Below, one piece after another: positions 20,227-21,901 of a DNA stretch of 21,901 bases. The notes beneath the pieces are model-generated. The model was not told the DNA's origin, ran no database searches, and saw only the letters and a program-made list of their open reading frames with translations. The DNA comes from Octopus sinensis (lineage: Eukaryota). Every line of letters starts with the position of its first letter. The first letter of the stretch is position 1. The stretch is taken from assembly GCF_006345805.1 (NCBI RefSeq), contig NW_021823595.1:1-21901 (forward strand), read 5' to 3'. Both the position numbers and the translations under genes were made by a program.

Positions 20227-20380
20227 AGGCAGAGTTGTGTGGTTAAGAAACTCTCTTAACAGTCTTGTGATTCCAGGTTCAATCCCACTGAATGGCACCT
20301 TAGACAAGTGTCTTCTGCTATAGCCCTGAGCTGACCAAAGCCTTCTGAGTGGATATGGTAGATGGAAACTGTGCAGAAGC
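20227..20380 (+). mobile_element. Family D CORE-type SINE, diverged
   Basis: CAGGTTCAATCCCACTGAATGGCACCTTAGACAAGTGTCTTC...GGTAGATGGAAACTG. Confidence 0.8.
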
Positions 20381-20982
20381 TTATTCCATAGGTACATGTT
20401 TACATGTGTGTACATATTTGTGCGTGTGTGCATGTGTGTGTGTGTGGTTTAATACATTGTATCAAAGAGGAAGTCTGTACTATTGTAAAGACTGTTAGAA
20501 ATAGCAGCTAAATCTGACTCAACTTATACCTTAGTGTCTTAAAAAAAAGTCAAATGGCACATTGAATAATGTAGTTCTAGATAGACTATGCCACAAGAAA
20601 AAGGACAGAATAGCCTTTAATCGTATATCAAGTCGATCTGAGACTAACCAGCAACACCACCAACAACAACAACAAAAATAAGAACAACAGCAACTCATTC
20701 CTTCCTTCCTTCCTTCCACTCTTTCCGCATATCTGTCAGTGTCTGCTATTCAATCAATCAATAACTCAATCAGGAAATCAATTAAACAATCTGTTGGCTT
20801 CTTCCTACTTATCTGTTAATCGATATGTCTGTCTCTCCATCTATAAAACACCTATCTATATCATTCACCAAACAGCTGTTGGTCAAGTCTTTTTACTTAG
20901 CCATCACTTGACACACACGTGTGTGTGTGTGTGTGTAACAATTTAAATTTATATATAAAAAGGTGGAACAAACAGGATTTAA

Positions 20983-21605
20983 CCCTTTCGTTACCAACCT
21001 GGCCAAAACCGGCTCTGGCTCTGAGGTACAAATGTCTTGTTTTCATAAGTTTTGCATCAAAATATACCACCAAACCTTAGTCGCAATTTATATTCCTAAT
21101 ACTAGCTTAATGATAACTAAGTTATTTTACTAAATTCTTTGTTATTGCCAGCTTTGCCTGGCCCCCGTGCCGTTGGCACGTAAAAGCACCATCCGCTCGT
21201 GTCCGTTGCCAGCCTCGCCTGGCCCCCGTGCCGGTAGCACGTAAAAGAACCATCCGTTCGTGTCCGTTGCCAGCCTCTTCCGGCCCCCGTGCCGGTGGCA
21301 CGAAAAAAAAAAAAAAACACCATCCGTTCGTGGCCGTTTGCCAGCTCTGTCTGGCACCTGTGCAGGTGGCACGTAAAAAGCACCCACTACACTCACGGAG
21401 TGGTTGGCGTTAGGAAGGGCATCCAGCCGTAGAAAACAACTGCCAAATCTGACTGGGCCTGATGAAGCCTCCCGGCTTCACAGACCCCAGTTAAACCGTC
21501 CAACCCATGCTAGCATGGAAAACGGACACTAAATGATGATGATGATGATTTAAAATAATTGAAAGAAACACAGAGCATATCAAAATATATACAGTAACGA
21601 AAGGG
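20983..21605. mobile_element. piggyBac-type MITE (~220 bp without its nested insert)
   Basis: TTAA (20979-82) | CCCTTTCGTTAC ... GTAACGAAAGGG | TTAA (21606-09). These are perfect 12-bp TIRs with a TTAA duplication and CCC/GGG ends. No coding capacity. Confidence 0.85.
21145..21549 (+). mobile_element. Family A copy with 61-bp tandem subrepeats, nested in the piggyBac MITE
   Basis: TTGCCAGC recurs at 21145, 21206, 21267 and about 21338, followed by the standard body and (GAT)n tail. Confidence 0.9.
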
Positions 21606-21671
21606 TTAATTACAAATTAACACAAATTGTTTCCATTCTCATACCATTACATAAAATTATTTTATATATAA

Positions 21672-21901
21672 CTAGCAGTATAGCCCAGCATTGCTCGGGC
21701 TTGTTTTCTTTTCCACCCTTTAGAATTGGAATTTTTGAAAAGTAAAAATTTTGCATCATGTAGCTTGTTATTCTCTTTAAGTGAACATTTTTCTGGTTGA
21801 AATACACCAAAAAATGGCGACACAGCAGTCAAAAAATTGTAAAAAATAGGGATTTTCGTAGAAAAAAAGCACCTTTTTGATGTAAATAATTTTTGGTGTT
21901 A
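21672..21901 (-). mobile_element. Second Helitron 3' end (runs off the window)
   Basis: Plus strand A|CTAGCAGTATAGCCCAGCATTGCTCGGG closely matches the terminus at 16287 (CTAGCAGTATCGCCCGGCGTTGCTCGGG), but the internal sequence differs. Confidence 0.75.

Noticed and set aside
21145-21380. CRISPR-like periodicity of the 61-bp units (also the 73-bp and 90-bp arrays)
   Set aside because: Whole units are duplicated with no unique spacers, there are no cas genes, and the context is eukaryotic.

Overview
AT-rich eukaryotic genomic DNA, inferred from its repeat style to be octopus or another coleoid cephalopod. It is intergenic or intronic and almost entirely repeat-derived. I found no intact host protein-coding gene. 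Nearly all ORFs in the supplied track are translations of (TA)n, (CA)n, (GA)n, (AAT)n or (GAT)n microsatellites. Recognisable autonomous-element relics are a Penelope-like GIY-YIG 3' fragment, R4/Dong-like and HERO-like restriction-endonuclease LINE fragments, a near-full-length mariner (DD34D) interrupted by a CR1-type LINE tail, a Tc1 3' end and a pogo/Tigger transposase relic. Non-autonomous elements are two Helitrons, a piggyBac-type MITE carrying a nested SINE, and about five SINE-like families. The most notable signals are (i) about nine type I hammerhead-ribozyme-like motifs from several unrelated short repeats embedded in microsatellites, one with a fully intact core, (ii) candidate retained spliceosomal introns just downstream of the Penelope-like ORF, and (iii) a 58-bp near-perfect palindrome abutting a (TA)n tract. 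All calls come from manual reading and recalled family motifs; no database search or folding was run.
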